A stretch of DNA of 63,453 nt, filler included, from Welwitschia mirabilis (GCA_051453625.1; 4 parts of one record of this genome joined end to end with filler, not necessarily neighbours in it), one strand, 5' to 3'. Counted from the whole stretch's first letter, positions 26,701 through 39,532 are shown. Made by a program: numbers and translations. The notes: generated from the sequence alone by a model not told the origin.

Positions 26701-28270
26701 TTAAACAAGAAAATATCCTAAAAATTTTGGTACTCACATTTCATATGTCTCTAAAATTGAATCTAAATAGTTTGAAGAGGTAGAATTTCATAAACAATGG
26801 ATGATGTCCATGCAAGATGATCTCTAATAGTTTAAAATAAATAATGTATGAAAACTTGTAGAAAGATCAAAAGACTAAAATGTTATTAAAATGAAATGGA
26901 TTTTCAAGAACAGGTGTGATAAACAAAAAAAATAATTAAGAACAAGGAAATATTAGTGGCAAAAGTTTACAACTAAATTGAAGGAATAGATGTATGTGAC
27001 ACTTTTACTTCTGTAGCTAGGTTAGATAGTATTAGAACGTTCTTATCTTATGAATCTTTTAAGAATATTAAAGTATATCAAATAGATATGAAAAGTTCCT
27101 TTATAAATGGAACTCTTAACAAAGAAGTTTATGTGGAGAAGCCTCAAGGATTTATAGATCCATATAAACAGAATCATTTGTATAGACTTAAAAAGACCTT
27201 GTATGAATTAAAATAAGCTCTAAGATCTTGGTATGAAAAACTAGCTACATTTCTTAATGACAATGGTTATACTTGTGGAACTGTCAATAAAACATTACTT
27301 GTAAAAAATATGAAAAAGGACTTTACTATAATTCAAATTTATGTAGATGACATAATTTTTGATTCCTTAAATAAAAAATTTACTAGTATTATTATAATAA
27401 ATTTTGAAATGAGTATGCTTGATGAAGTTAGTATGTTTCTTGATCTTCAAATCAAATAAATAAAAGATGAAATTTCATATCTTAATCCAAATATGCAATA
27501 TACTTAATAAAATGATTTGGATTAGATAATGTAAAATTAACTAATACACCTATGTCAACTTCTTATAAGATTAGTCTTTATGAACATGAAAAATCTGTAA
27601 ATCAAAAACTTTATAGAAGCATAATAAGAAGTTTATTGTATCTAACTGTAAGTAGACTTGATATAATGTTTAGTTTTGCTATGTGTGCTACATATTAAAA
27701 TCAACCAAAAGAATCAAATCTTTAAAGCTATCAAAAGGATCATAAGATATATAAAATGCACATGTGACTATGGATTATGATATCCTATGGAAACATCATT
27801 TGAAGTTACAGGCTTTAGTGGTGTAGATTGGGCTAGGTGTAAATATGATAAGAAAAGCACTAGTTGTAATTACTTTCTTTTAGGATCATTCTTATTAGGA
27901 TAGGTAAGTAAAAAGAAAAAATCTATCTTCCTTTTCATAATAGAAGCAGAGTCTATAGCAGTATGGAGTCATTATATTTATCTTCTTTAGACAAAAGAAA
28001 TGTTAAAGACTTTAGAGTATATTTTGAATAAGTTTCAATCTTTTTTAATAATACAAGTACAATTAATATCTCAAAGAACCTTATTTAACGTTCTAAAACT
28101 AAACGCATTGAATTAAGAAACTATTTCCTAAGAGATTAAGTGGAAAAAGTAACATTTCAATGAATTTTATTAGCACTAATAGATAAGTTATTGATATTTT
28201 TAAAAAACCCTTGAACTTTGATAATTTTCTAAGACTTTGTAATGAACTAGGGATTGTCTCTCTATTATTC
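23722..28270 (+). pseudogene. pol: Degenerate copia gag-pol (gag, PR, INT, RT, RH)
   Basis: ORF fragments 25450..25671 (VLYVNGLKHNFLSI), 25744..25965 (LELIHMNL), 26410..26646 (SKFESKANKAIFLGYSTRSKAYQVF), YVDD motif. Confidence 0.92.
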
Positions 28271-28732
28271 GACTGAAGGTAAGGTGGTTGATTGGATTTT
28301 GCATTTTGATGACTAGATCTGATTAGTCAGCCACATTTTCATCTAGTCACCTAGTCTTTTTCAGATCAACCTGAATCTAGTCAAGTTGACAGATCTGAAG
28401 ACTTAGTCAACTAGATCTAGAAGTTTTATGATTCAAGTCTCATTCAGTCAACTAGATCATAACCCATTCAACCAGACTTATAGGATTATAGTGTGAAAGT
28501 TAAGGCAGTGGACCTAATATTTTTCTTAAATTTGATTTGATTGCCCTCCTTTATAAAATCTTATGAAGGATTAACCTTTTTCATTCAAACTTGTTCACTT
28601 GTCCTCTTTAGATGTAGCTATCTTTCTTAAGTTTTCTTATCTTCAGGAAGTGCCACATGCTTTTAATGGCATAGGATACCTTAAGAAGATGTCATAAGAG
28701 GCTAGCAAGTAAATATCTAGGGTATTTTTACA

Positions 28733-29695
28733 TTGGAATATCTGATAAGGCTTGATAAGTTCATAGAGAAGTTTGAGAAGAAAATTATCTATCAGAAAAG
28801 GCTTGTTACTTATGGGAAGCTAAGGGAATCTAAAGATGTGGTAAGGATCTTAAATGAACTTGATTTATCTTACTTTCTTGATGTCTCAAGATTAGTGTAT
28901 TCTTTTCTCACTAGAATGTTTTATTGCAATGCCTTTTTTGATGTTGACTCTTCTACCCTAATAATCCTTGTTTTGGAGAAAAGGATTAAGGTTACTATAG
29001 ATCTTATTAATTCCTTTACAAATATCTTTAGAGGAGATTATGATGAGTTTTGGCCCCTACATGATTCCATAAAGGATAAGGCAGAGGTCACCAAGGACCT
29101 TTGTGGTAAGTTTTATTAGTGGAAAATCACTGTTTTTACATTCTACCTTACCCCAAAATACCACTTTTTGCATTTGATCTTTATTTATAATTTATTACCC
29201 TTGGTGGGTTATTATGATAAAACCTCCAACTATAGAGCTTATTTGTTGTATTTGATGGGAACTGCACATTTTGTTGATGTTTTTACAATTATGCTAAAAA
29301 ACATAATCTCTTAGTTGGAGTATCATAAAACTATGGATCTTCCTTATTTTGTTTTAACTACTAATATTTGTCATGATTTTATAGTTTAGTTGCACTTGAT
29401 GTTAGAAACTATAATTCCTTCATTAGCCATTAGGTATGCAACTTTGTCCTACATGCACATCTTTACTAGATCTAAGAAATTTTCCAAATCTCTTTATCCT
29501 AAGCAAGTATCTCCTAAAGAGACTATTTCATACCTGAAGAGGTTGGATTCTCATATAAGACATATGAAAGAGGCTCTAATTTTAGCTCAGTATAAGGCAG
29601 TGAACACTTTTGATGAAGCTAGTAGCTTTGCTCAAAAGGCAACCAAAGAAGAGTGTTGCGACGCCAACTTAAGTGTATTTGATAGGATATTTTGA
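28733..29695 (+). pseudogene. env-like accessory ORF of the Sirevirus-like element (interrupted)
   Basis: ORFs 28733..29119 and 29390..29695 between RNase H and PPT; motif LSYFLD...VYSFLTRMFYCN...VLEKRIKVT. Confidence 0.7.
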
Positions 29696-29727
29696 GTTGT
29701 TTTGCAGATAAACTAATAGATAAATGC

Positions 29728-29827
29728 NNNNNNNNNNNNNNNNNNNNNNNNNNNNNNNNNNNNNNNNNNNNTTAATTAATTAANNNNNNNNNNNNNNNNN
29801 NNNNNNNNNNNNNNNNNNNNNNNNNNN
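29728..29827. other. Artificial scaffold linker N44-TTAATTAATTAA-N44
   Basis: Exactly 100 bp; the 12-mer gives stops in all six frames; identical construct at 54805-54904 and 61767-61866. Confidence 0.95.
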
Positions 29828-29928
29828 AATAATGTTTTACAAATTTAATGGGAATTATCTAAGGGGAAGTTTTTCCAATTAATATTTTCAAATAAGTATG
29901 GTTTTCCATTAATGTTAAAAAGGGAGAT

Positions 29929-31210
29929 TTTTGAGTTATATTTTACCAAGTTGATGTCAAACTAACATTTTTTGTTTTAGCAAAACATGTTGTATTCTTT
30001 AAAGAAAATATTAATCCTTTAAGTTAGAAGTAGAAATAATTTATCACAAACTTTACTTAAACCTAATAAATTTTATACCCTTAAAGGAGTTGGTCTAATC
30101 CTGAAGGTGTTGACTGAACCTATACCAAAAAATGTTAAAGATAAATTACTAAGGAATCAACCAGATTACTAAAGGGTTGACTAGATCTGAGAAGTAAATT
30201 TTTCACATCTAATCATTAAGGGATTGACCAAATTCTAGAGGAGTCAACTGGACCTGAAGTAAAATGTTTTCATCCTTTCTATTTAAGGAATTGGTTATAT
30301 ACCTTAGGAGTTGACTAGACTTAGGTCATAAATGTTGTTATGTACCTTTTTAAACATAGGATCAACTAAACCAAAATGCGGTCAACTGAATCTTAAGGTA
30401 TCAACCAAATAGGAAGGTATAAGAAACGTATATTAATCAAAATAAGATGAACGTAATTAATTTTAGTAATAACACTTGATGGGATCAACTAAACATTTTG
30501 AAGGGTCAACTAGTCATGATGAAAATAGGATTTTTCTAGTCATTTGGCCTCCCATTTTTATCTATTAGAGAATCTATTTTACTTGTAAAACCTTAAAATA
30601 TTTCTTCTATATATTTATTAGGCATCAAGATCATTATACAAATTTGAATATATTTTAGATGGGCATTTAAAACATTCATTGGCATATCTTTTATTTGACC
30701 AAAGACAAATAAACATCTTTTGTTATCATTTGTTCTTGATCAATCAGTTTACACTGTACATACAAAGATTGTACTATAATCTTAAGTAGTGTAGTAATAT
30801 CATTTTTGAGCTTTAGAACTAGTGGAACTTATGCATTATGATACACCATTATCATAGCATTCTTTCTAAAGATTAAGACTGAGAATTTGAAAAGTCTAAT
30901 TGTAAAAGGTTACAAGTGAACCCAGAATACCTAGAAAGTCATTAATGGAGATCTAGATCAGGCTTAGATAGAAGATAATAGCCAAGAGTGGAATAGGGGA
31001 TTTCCCAAACCATTATAAATCATGTGTCAATTCTTATTAGTGTTATTTCTTTTTAGTTATTTACTTTTAGATTATTTTTAGTTTTTAGTTACATAAATAT
31101 TTTAGTATTCCATATTTGTAAAGATAGCTTATGAATTTATTTATTTATTTTTAAATCTTATTCACCCATATGCACCCCCTTCCACCCATCTCTAAGGTTT
31201 TAGATTCTNN
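29929..31210 (+). repeat. 3' LTR of the Sirevirus-like element (end falls in the 10-N gap)
   Basis: Follows the PPT; colinear with 22393-23663. Confidence 0.85.
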
Positions 31211-34009
31211 NNNNNNNNATTGAAAAAACTTATTTTTCTACTTGGCTCAAAACCATGTTGGGGACACTTTAGTAATAGATCTTTAAATTATTCTAAAGTC
31301 TGGGAAAATGTTTTTAAGTCCTTTGATTAGAAATTCATGATTTCTTTCCTTAAGACATTTGTCTTATGATTGGAAAAAAAATTGTAGATGAAGGATTTAT
31401 TAATGTTAGATTATGATCTAATAGACATAGGCTTAAGGATGTACAACCAAGATTTTGCCTTATCATTCAAGAAAAACAAGAATAATGTAAGTTTAAGGGT
31501 ATTGTATATGTTTAGCTATTGTGAAATAATTGATAAAAGACATTCAAATCCCTTAGGGTAGAGATATAGATCTTTAGATTCAAGACTATGAAAATGAGGC
31601 AAAAGTTGTATGGAAGAGGGTTTAAATTCTAGCCTTTACTTAATGGACAATGATACTATGGAAGAGGGTATTATTAACGATTATGATTGAAGGTAGCCAT
31701 AAAGAGCTTGCTTAGAGCTTGCTTATTTTAGTTGGTATTGGCTATAGTAGCTTACCATTTGATGGTTTCATGGGAAAATAGTAGGCTATTAATCTAGTAA
31801 TCATCTTCTAGTTAGATAAAGGCCTATTAAAGGCATCTTAAAAATTAAGTAAATCATTTAAGTTTCATTGCTATTATTATGGTGAGGAGGTTTGTTAATA
31901 AGTTTTGTTATTTTGGGAGGATGAGGTTTGGTTTCTTTGAAAATCACCATAGGCTCGATTGTCATTTTGGGATCTAATATTTTACATCCTCTTTTGGTTA
32001 GAATAGGAATTTATATTGTTACCAATTAGTCTCCTAGACTCGTTACAGATCCAAGTCATGCAAAAATAGGTTTAAAAGGTTTCTATCAAGTTTTAGAGGG
32101 ATTTTCACAAATCATACAAGTTATAAGGGTTTCAAGATCTATATAAAAGAATTAGTTAAAAACTCAAGGTATTTTGGGCAGAAAGGATGACAACACCCTT
32201 TAGTTTTTAAATTGTGGTTTTAGTTTTTATAGAGAAGTTTATTGATTATGCATAGAAAATTTTCTATAAGAGAGTTATAAAAAAATAAAGATAAAGTAAA
32301 ACACATGAAAAAAATCAAATCCCACATTAGTGAGTTCATGGAAATATTTTTAAAGATTTTAATTTCTTTAAAACATAGAAAAATTACAAAATGTAAATGT
32401 AGAAAACACAGAAAATAATAGCATATAAAGAAAAGAATCCAACATAATGTAAAGTTTTAAGTTTTTTATATTTTTACTCCTAAGGAAACCTATAACAAAA
32501 CATTATACTTATACAAAATAAGTTAGTACAAAATAAAAAAGAAACATAAAAATAATTAGATTAGTTTAGGTTTCATAAAAGTGATCAGTACCAATTAGTA
32601 GAAGGAAAAATAAACATACAAAACATAAAGAAAAAGAACGAGTTCAAGTATCACCAGAGAAGACTAGCACCATCATTGGACAAGTAGAAACTATGTATAA
32701 AAACTTTGCAAAAAATAAAAAAAAAAGTAGTACTCTATTGAGTTGCTATTATGTCATTATCCCTAGCAATGATATCAAGATCTACTCAGAGCTTATAATG
32801 AACCAGATTTAAAGCTAAGTTTGTAATTAGCTATCATTCTTCCTCGGGATAGCATGAGTACTGGTTCAAAATTGCACTATCTTAAACTTTAATATAAATA
32901 CAAATTTTAAGAGAATAAAAGAGAGAGGTGAATTTTAAGTTGTTTTTGAACTTCATCTTGAGAGATGAGGAAAGAAAACTAGCTCCAAGGCATCACCAAT
33001 TTATTCTTAAAAAATACTTCACTCTAATGTTATTCATTGCCTTCCTACTATACACTTAAATCATGAAATTTTTTTGGCCCAAAACATGATGACATTATCT
33101 CATTTATAACATGAGTAATGATGAACTTAATTGCCACTTAATTTCCAAATCCTAAAGCAATAATGAAAAGTATGAACCTAAGTACTTAAAATTTATAAAG
33201 TTAAAGGACTTAAAACTAGGCATTACAAGAGATCATTTAAAGTGTAGTAAAGTTTAATGATTAAAGTAGTTACCGCAGCATTCCAATCATAATGTTACTT
33301 ATGAATTGAAATAAAAGAGCAATAACTTTTATATTACAAAGAGGAATAAATTTATGATAAAGAAAGAAAGATGAAAGTATAACTGCAATCCTTGAATAAT
33401 AGATTACTTACCTAAAGATTTTCATTGAAAGCCATTTTGATTGATGATACAAAGTTCTACAATTCTACAAAGATAAAGATGATATAATGAAGAGTTTAAG
33501 ATTATTTTATAAGAAAATACAAGAATGAGGAATGGTTATAAGTCATTTTATTATAGTATTAGATGGATGATTACATAATAATGACATTTAGATAGGATAG
33601 TTTATTCTGTTTTATAATTGGAAGAGATTCTTATGATGATGCAAACACTTGGCTCCTAGATGCTAATGCAGCCAACTGTTATCATAACTACGTGTCTCCA
33701 CCATCATTCTACTTAGTCCTACCAAATGTTATTATGTGAGTCCTCATCATCACCACCACTTATTTTCAAGAATGTAATTTATTTATGATGTGAAATTTAA
33801 CCAAGCCTATAACTGCCTTTTAACCAATTTTCCATAATAATTTAGAAACATAATGTTTGATTCATTTAGCATAAAAGGCCTAGTAGTGCTGGTAGCAGTT
33901 TTGGTGTTTGAGATCCAATGAATTTTATTTTTAAACATGGCTTTTAGTTGAGCATAAATAACCTGAAAATGTTATGGGAAACTGATAATTCCATTTTTAA
34001 TGTGATAAT

Positions 34010-34445
34010 TAATAAAAGACATAGTTTTGTAATTAAATTAATTGTATTAATGTCTTACATTAAGATTAGTTAGTCATGTAACTTGATCATAACATTAAGA
34101 TTTACATGTTAACACTATTTAATATAAAGTAAGTTTACATCATTAAGTTTAAAATAAAGATTTACTAAATAACTAGTAAAAACTACTAAATCTCCACCTA
34201 GAGTAGTTTGAAATGCATCATTGAGATCAACTCTTAGTGAAGCTTACTTAAAATGTTTAGGTTAATGATTGATAGTTTATATATACATATTATACATTAT
34301 TGGAAATAATTAAAATTAAAAACATAAAAAGAAATTCATAGTATGTTGAAACGATACCATCTCCGAGTAGTACTAAATACTGTTTGTTAAGTAATAAAAT
34401 ATAATACTTTTTACTTTACACATAAAGCAACACATTCATTTATAA
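34010..34445 (-). repeat. Partial LTR of element Y, homologous to 49544-49898 + 51327-51395
   Basis: Shared TTACTAAATAACTAGTAAA...TACATATTATACATTATT...AAGAAATTCAT...AAGTAATAAAA...ACATAAAGCAA. Confidence 0.7.
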
Positions 34446-35920
34446 TATTATCTTTTTTACATTAAATTGACATACTATTAGGTGTTTACAAAATGTATTA
34501 ATGAGAAAGTAATTTTCCTTTATAGGCAACTTTGGAGTTATAAAGATGAGGATTATGCCTTTTTAAAGATGTATTCAGAATAGTTTTCCTTTTAATCCTT
34601 TAGCTTTTTCTTTTCTTAAAGCTATTTTTTCAAAAGATCCTTTTTCCTTTCTTCCATGTCCTTTTATTTACTTTATTTTATTCTTTTCGTTTAGGCAGCT
34701 TTATTTCTTTACTTCTTAAAAATAGCTAATGAATGGAGCTGTTGCTTTGCTTCTATCATCTTATTACTCTCTAATGTTCTCATGCCAAGTGGAATTTTGT
34801 ACCTACAACATAATAAGTGATATATATACTAATCGACTAACATTTCAAATTACTAGCATATTAACCTAAATATTTGTAAACAAATATTAGATAACTAAAA
34901 AAATAGTTTTAGGCATTAAAAAAATGTTATTATTAATNNNNNNNNNNNNNNNNNNNNNNNNNNNNNNNNNNNNNNNNNNNNNNNNNNNNNNNNNNNNNNN
35001 NNNNNNNNNNNNNNNNNNNNNNNNNNNNNNNNNNNNNTTTAGGCATTAAAAAATGTTATTATTAATGAAAATTTATGTCATCATTTTTACTCATCAATTT
35101 TCTGTACTTAGAATTTTGTTAGTTCCTTAACAAAGTAAATAAGTATGTATAAATAAAATAAACTTATTGTTTTTCCTTTTTTATTTTAAAAACAAAAGAA
35201 TTCTCTTTATTTAATTCTAATTCTATTAGCTATTTAGCAAATTGATTTAATTTCTTTTCTTGTTCCAAGGTAGCTAAAATTTTTCTTTTCTTGTTATGTA
35301 GAGTAGAATCATTTAGGCCTATGTTTTTATGTCTAATGACTCTTAATTTTCTTGACTCTTGATTTTTTCTTTCTTCCTTTGCATCTTTCCTTTGAAAAAG
35401 CTCCTAGCTACTTTGATTCATCCCTTTTTCTTTTTGGAGAAAAAGAGCTATTTGGTCTAATGCCTAAAGGTTCATTTGTTAGTTTCAATGTTGATTTCAT
35501 CCTCAATCCTTATTTAAATGTTTGCCCAATTAAGATCATATAAACCTCTAGTTTTTCATTCTTTATTAATTTTGAAAAGATATCTGTAAAGGTGCCTTAA
35601 AGTGTGGTCATATTTGTACAATTCTATCATTGAGGATAGTGTAAAAAAGTTCATATTTGTTTTACATTTCTCTATTATTTTACAAAATTTAACTAATTCC
35701 TCATTTAGAAAATCTTGAAATTTCCTTGCAAATATTTGACTTTATCTTTATTTGTTTTTTAAAGTTGAAGCTCCTTTTTGCTAGTATTCAAAAATCTGTT
35801 TATCTTTAATCATCCTCTAAAATTTTTTTGAATGATATTTTCTAACTATTCCTAAAATTTGTGAATAAAATCATATAATTTTAGAGGGTAGTAGTTAAGG
35901 CTTCAGGGGACTACAAGCTC

Positions 35921-35970
35921 AAACCCTAAACCCTAAACCCTAAACCCTAAACCCTAAAACCCTAAACCCT
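35921..35970 (+). repeat. Interstitial Arabidopsis-type telomeric repeat tract (AAACCCT) x7
   Basis: Seven tandem AAACCCT units, one with an extra A. Confidence 0.95.
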
Positions 35971-36599
35971 ATATCACCACATTTTCTTTTTTAAATTTTA
36001 AATAATGGTTTAAGTGGGTTCAAGGCATATAAACCTGACATCCTTTTTTAGATTTACTAAATACCCTTTTATACTATCTAAAATGATAGTATTTATTTTA
36101 TTTTTAATTTCAATGGTAAAATTTAAAGATGAATATGTGTTTTAACCCTGTGGAACTCTTTTAAAATGGTCCTATACTAGGGTAACTTCTTTTTGTATTC
36201 TATATTTTATTTTTAGGGTAATATGTTCTACTACTAAGCCTTATAGAGTTTGGTATATGGAAGGACTTTCTCTTAATAATTTATTTTTTAAAAGTCTATT
36301 TTATTCCACCATTTGGTCCATAACTCTCTTATTTTCCACTAATATTGAATTATAATAATCAACTAATTTCAAAGATTCAACTAATTTATGTTTATATTCT
36401 TGAGCCTCTACATGTATTTTCATATATTTTTCATTCATTCCCTTCAAATCTACATAAATCTTCTTTGAAAGTTCCATGTTTAAAGGTATATCCCCTTGTT
36501 GTGCTTAAATGTAATAAATTTCTATTGATGATGTATACATTTAACATCATTCTTTTTGGTTAAGGCTAAATTATATGGCAAGAAGATCAAAATAATAGA

Positions 36600-37900
36600 T
36601 TTATCTCTTGAAAAGGCATCTAAATCATTCTTGTCTTTTGCACTAGTATCTAATTCAGTAATTCACTCATATGCTCTTTGTAATTTCTTGCTTGTTCTTT
36701 TACATGCTTCTAAGAGATGAACATCTTCTTTCTTTTTAGTTATTTCTTATTATGGTCTCTAAGTCTTCTATTTATTTTTATTTAGCTAATGTCTTAGAAA
36801 TTCATTTTTCATTTTAAATAAGTATTTTAATATTGATATTTCAACATATATTCTTCATTCTATAACATGCATGAATCTCATCTTTTATAAACTTTAAACT
36901 GCTAGAGAGACTATTAAACTTATTATCCTTAAATGTCTTAGAACATAAACTAGGCTAAAAGAGGTGGGTTAGAAGAAGTTCTTCATAACTATATTGTGTG
37001 GGATCTCCTTGACCCATACTTGTAGGAGGTCATAATGGCAATAAGGTGTGAAAGATTATAGAAGGCTTATTTGGATTTTATTGTGATGTTTCTGAAGTTG
37101 GATCCTATTGTTCCATTGATTTTAAATACCTAATTCTTTAACCCTAAATAGGTTTTAAATAGTTAAATTCATGTAGGACTTATTTGGTTTAAATGGGATT
37201 CTTTTCATTCTTAATATGCATGCAATTAAAGAAGGGAATTCTATTCCAACTATATCAGAAGATCCAATTCTAACCTTTTCATTTTCAAAATATCCCTTAG
37301 TAAACTAACAAATATTCCTTTTACAATATTTTTATTCATTTGACTTGACTTATCTTTAATAGCTGCTATCATGTATAAGCTAGCTAAAGTAATATCCTTT
37401 TATTTATGAAGAATCAGAAAAAAGTTTCTTGCCATCATTTTTGAAATGGTAAAAAATTTAGATTCTCAATTCTTATCCACTGGTATCCTTTCTTAAACTG
37501 TAAATATTTCTAATAAATCCATTCTCAAAGTAGTGCCTTATTTTCTATTTGTATCTTCAATGGACTTACCTCTAGTTAGTAACTGTGGTATTTATCACAC
37601 TTCTTTTTATATAATAAATATTATTTTACCCCCAACTATTATCTGTAATAAGTTATCTTTCTCATCAAATTCTAGGCTTTTATAAAATTCATACATGGAC
37701 TCTAAACTATATTCATCATTTAAAGTCAACCATTTTCGCTAGCCTAGTTTAATAACTCTTTTCTTTAGCTCTATCAAACAAGAATCTAAAAACACTTTTT
37801 TAAAATTCAAGGAGAAAATACTTTTTTAATCTATTATAATACGAGGGTTTTCAAGTTAAGAATATTTTAAAAATACTATGTAAATCCTTACTTAAAAGAA
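36600..37900 (-). pseudogene. Degenerate env-like accessory ORF of element Y
   Basis: Manual minus-strand translation about 37795-37615: FLDSCLIELKKRVIKLG*RKWLTLNDEYSLESMYEFYKA / LEFDEKDNLLQIIVGGKIIFI (one frameshift); same orientation as pol and downstream of it. Confidence 0.55.
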
Positions 37901-39008
37901 ATGTTAATAAAGAAAAATTTTACATCCATTAAGAAGATTGCTTAAATTGTAAAGCATCTTTTAAACAAGAATGATTAATTAACACATCATTATTCTTTAA
38001 AAGAAAAAATGATTGTAGAGAAATATATAATAAAAGTAACTTTCTGCAAAATTTTTATGAAATTTCTATATATTTTTCTCTAAATCTTTATCTAAGTGCA
38101 AAAGTAAAAAAACTGATAAATTTTCTAGTACTAAATGCAAAATTAATAAAATTTCTAGTGCTTATTACCCCTAAAATTAAAAGTTGCATGCTCCTAAATG
38201 TTATAAGGAAAAACAATGTTAGAGAGAAAATGACCTAAGGTTTTTGCCTAAATTTGAGATGCCATTTGAAAGTAATAATTATGCATGGAAGACAAAAAAA
38301 TTGACAAATGAAACATGGTAAGAACATATCTTTTTTCCAATTAAAAAATGGGAACCACATGTACTTATCTTTATAATTAATTTGAATGATTAAAAGATTT
38401 AAAATATCCATCTAAAATGATTTAGAAATAAATTTATGTCAATATGATTAATCATATGAAAGTACTAAAGATTTTATAATGAAAGATTAATAAACATAAT
38501 TCTTTTATGATAAAGGTGATGTTGGGGTAAGTCATTAGTGAAAAGTCAATAGAGGATATTAAGAATGGGGGTAGGGGGTAGGAGGAGGGAGGGGGTAGGG
38601 GCCATTAAGGATGAGGTTAAAACTAAAAATTAAAGAAGGAGTTTTTGTATTTAAGAGATGATCACTCTACATGGACAAGGGATTGGACAAGAATTGTTAA
38701 AAACTCAAGAGTTTTTGATAGGGATTATCAAATTTGTTATAGAACTAGTAAGCATTTAAAAGAGGTCATCAATAACTTAAAGTTATTAAAAAGATCCTTT
38801 AAATACATCTAATTAATTATAATTAAGTAAGAAAAGAATAATGCTACTTATGCATGCAAGAGAATTATAGCTAAAAAGATGATAAGGGTTGTTAAGAATG
38901 AGGACCCCACTCTTAGTACTTAATAAGGGTTAAATATAGGATATTAGTTTTGGTTTAATACTAGCTTGGTCTATTGTAGTGTATTTTTTTCATTCATCTT
39001 ATTACTAA

Positions 39009-39532
39009 GAGTTGACTTTAGATCTAGCTCAAAGCTTTAACTTTGAGCTTGGGTTAATAAACTAGATAATTTTAATTTATGTAGGTGCATTTGATTTATG
39101 AGCTCATATAGATAGGTATTAGATTTATCTAATTGACTTAAGATCTAGCTCAAAGTTTTATCTTTAGGCTAGTATTAAACTCCAAGAGATAGATTTCTTA
39201 AATTTATCTAGTTGGCTTAAAATCTGATTTAAAATTTCAACTTTAAACCGGTGTCTTTTAACTAGATAATTCTAATTTAACCTTAAAAAACCATTTAATA
39301 TAGGTAGTCATTATTTCTATATGTTTAATTAATATGATCAAGATAAAATCTTAACTTTGATGATGTGTAGAATTTTAGTTTGGCATCTAGAGGTCATTAA
39401 AAATGATCTAATTTCTTTGGGGCTATATGCAACTTATAACTATAAGAAACTTAGAAAAAGAGCTAGACGGATCACATATTAAGCTAAAGTTTTGACTTCA
39501 AGTTGAGTCTTAATCAGTCTAGAAAATTTCTA
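39009..39532. repeat. Degenerate tandem repeat (about 70-80 bp core, 3-4 copies) between pol and the env-like ORF of Y
   Basis: TTGACTT(T/A)AGATCTAGCTCAAAG...AACTAGATAATT at about 39009, 39131, 39210, partial at 39481. Confidence 0.7.

Larger units (their letters stand above)
22393..31210 (+). mobile_element. Sirevirus (SIRE/Maximus)-type Ty1/copia with env-like ORF, full length but degenerate
   Basis: Paired ~1.27 kb LTRs, gag from ATG 23722 (RAPMFNGINYAY), zinc knuckle CYAYKGYEHVANKC about 24593, protease YLDNSCS*YMTG about 25310, integrase, RT (QIYVDDIIF about 27340), RNase H to about 28260, extra ORF after pol, PPT AAAAAGGGAGAT at 29917-29928, TATTCACCC motif near the LTR end. Confidence 0.9.
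19719..34000 (-). mobile_element. Athila-like Ty3/gypsy element X (5' LTR about 32781-34000, gag, protease, RT), interrupted by the Sirevirus-like element and by copia A
   Basis: PBS TGATATCATTGCTAGGGA at 32760-32777; gag reads across the Sirevirus insertion (31219-31750 then 22392 leftwards); protease ORF 20665..20898 (NFVILDM...ILRRLFLATSNALIN); RT ORF 20076..20300 (IIYPISDSKWMSP...RKDHFSLSF). Confidence 0.8.
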
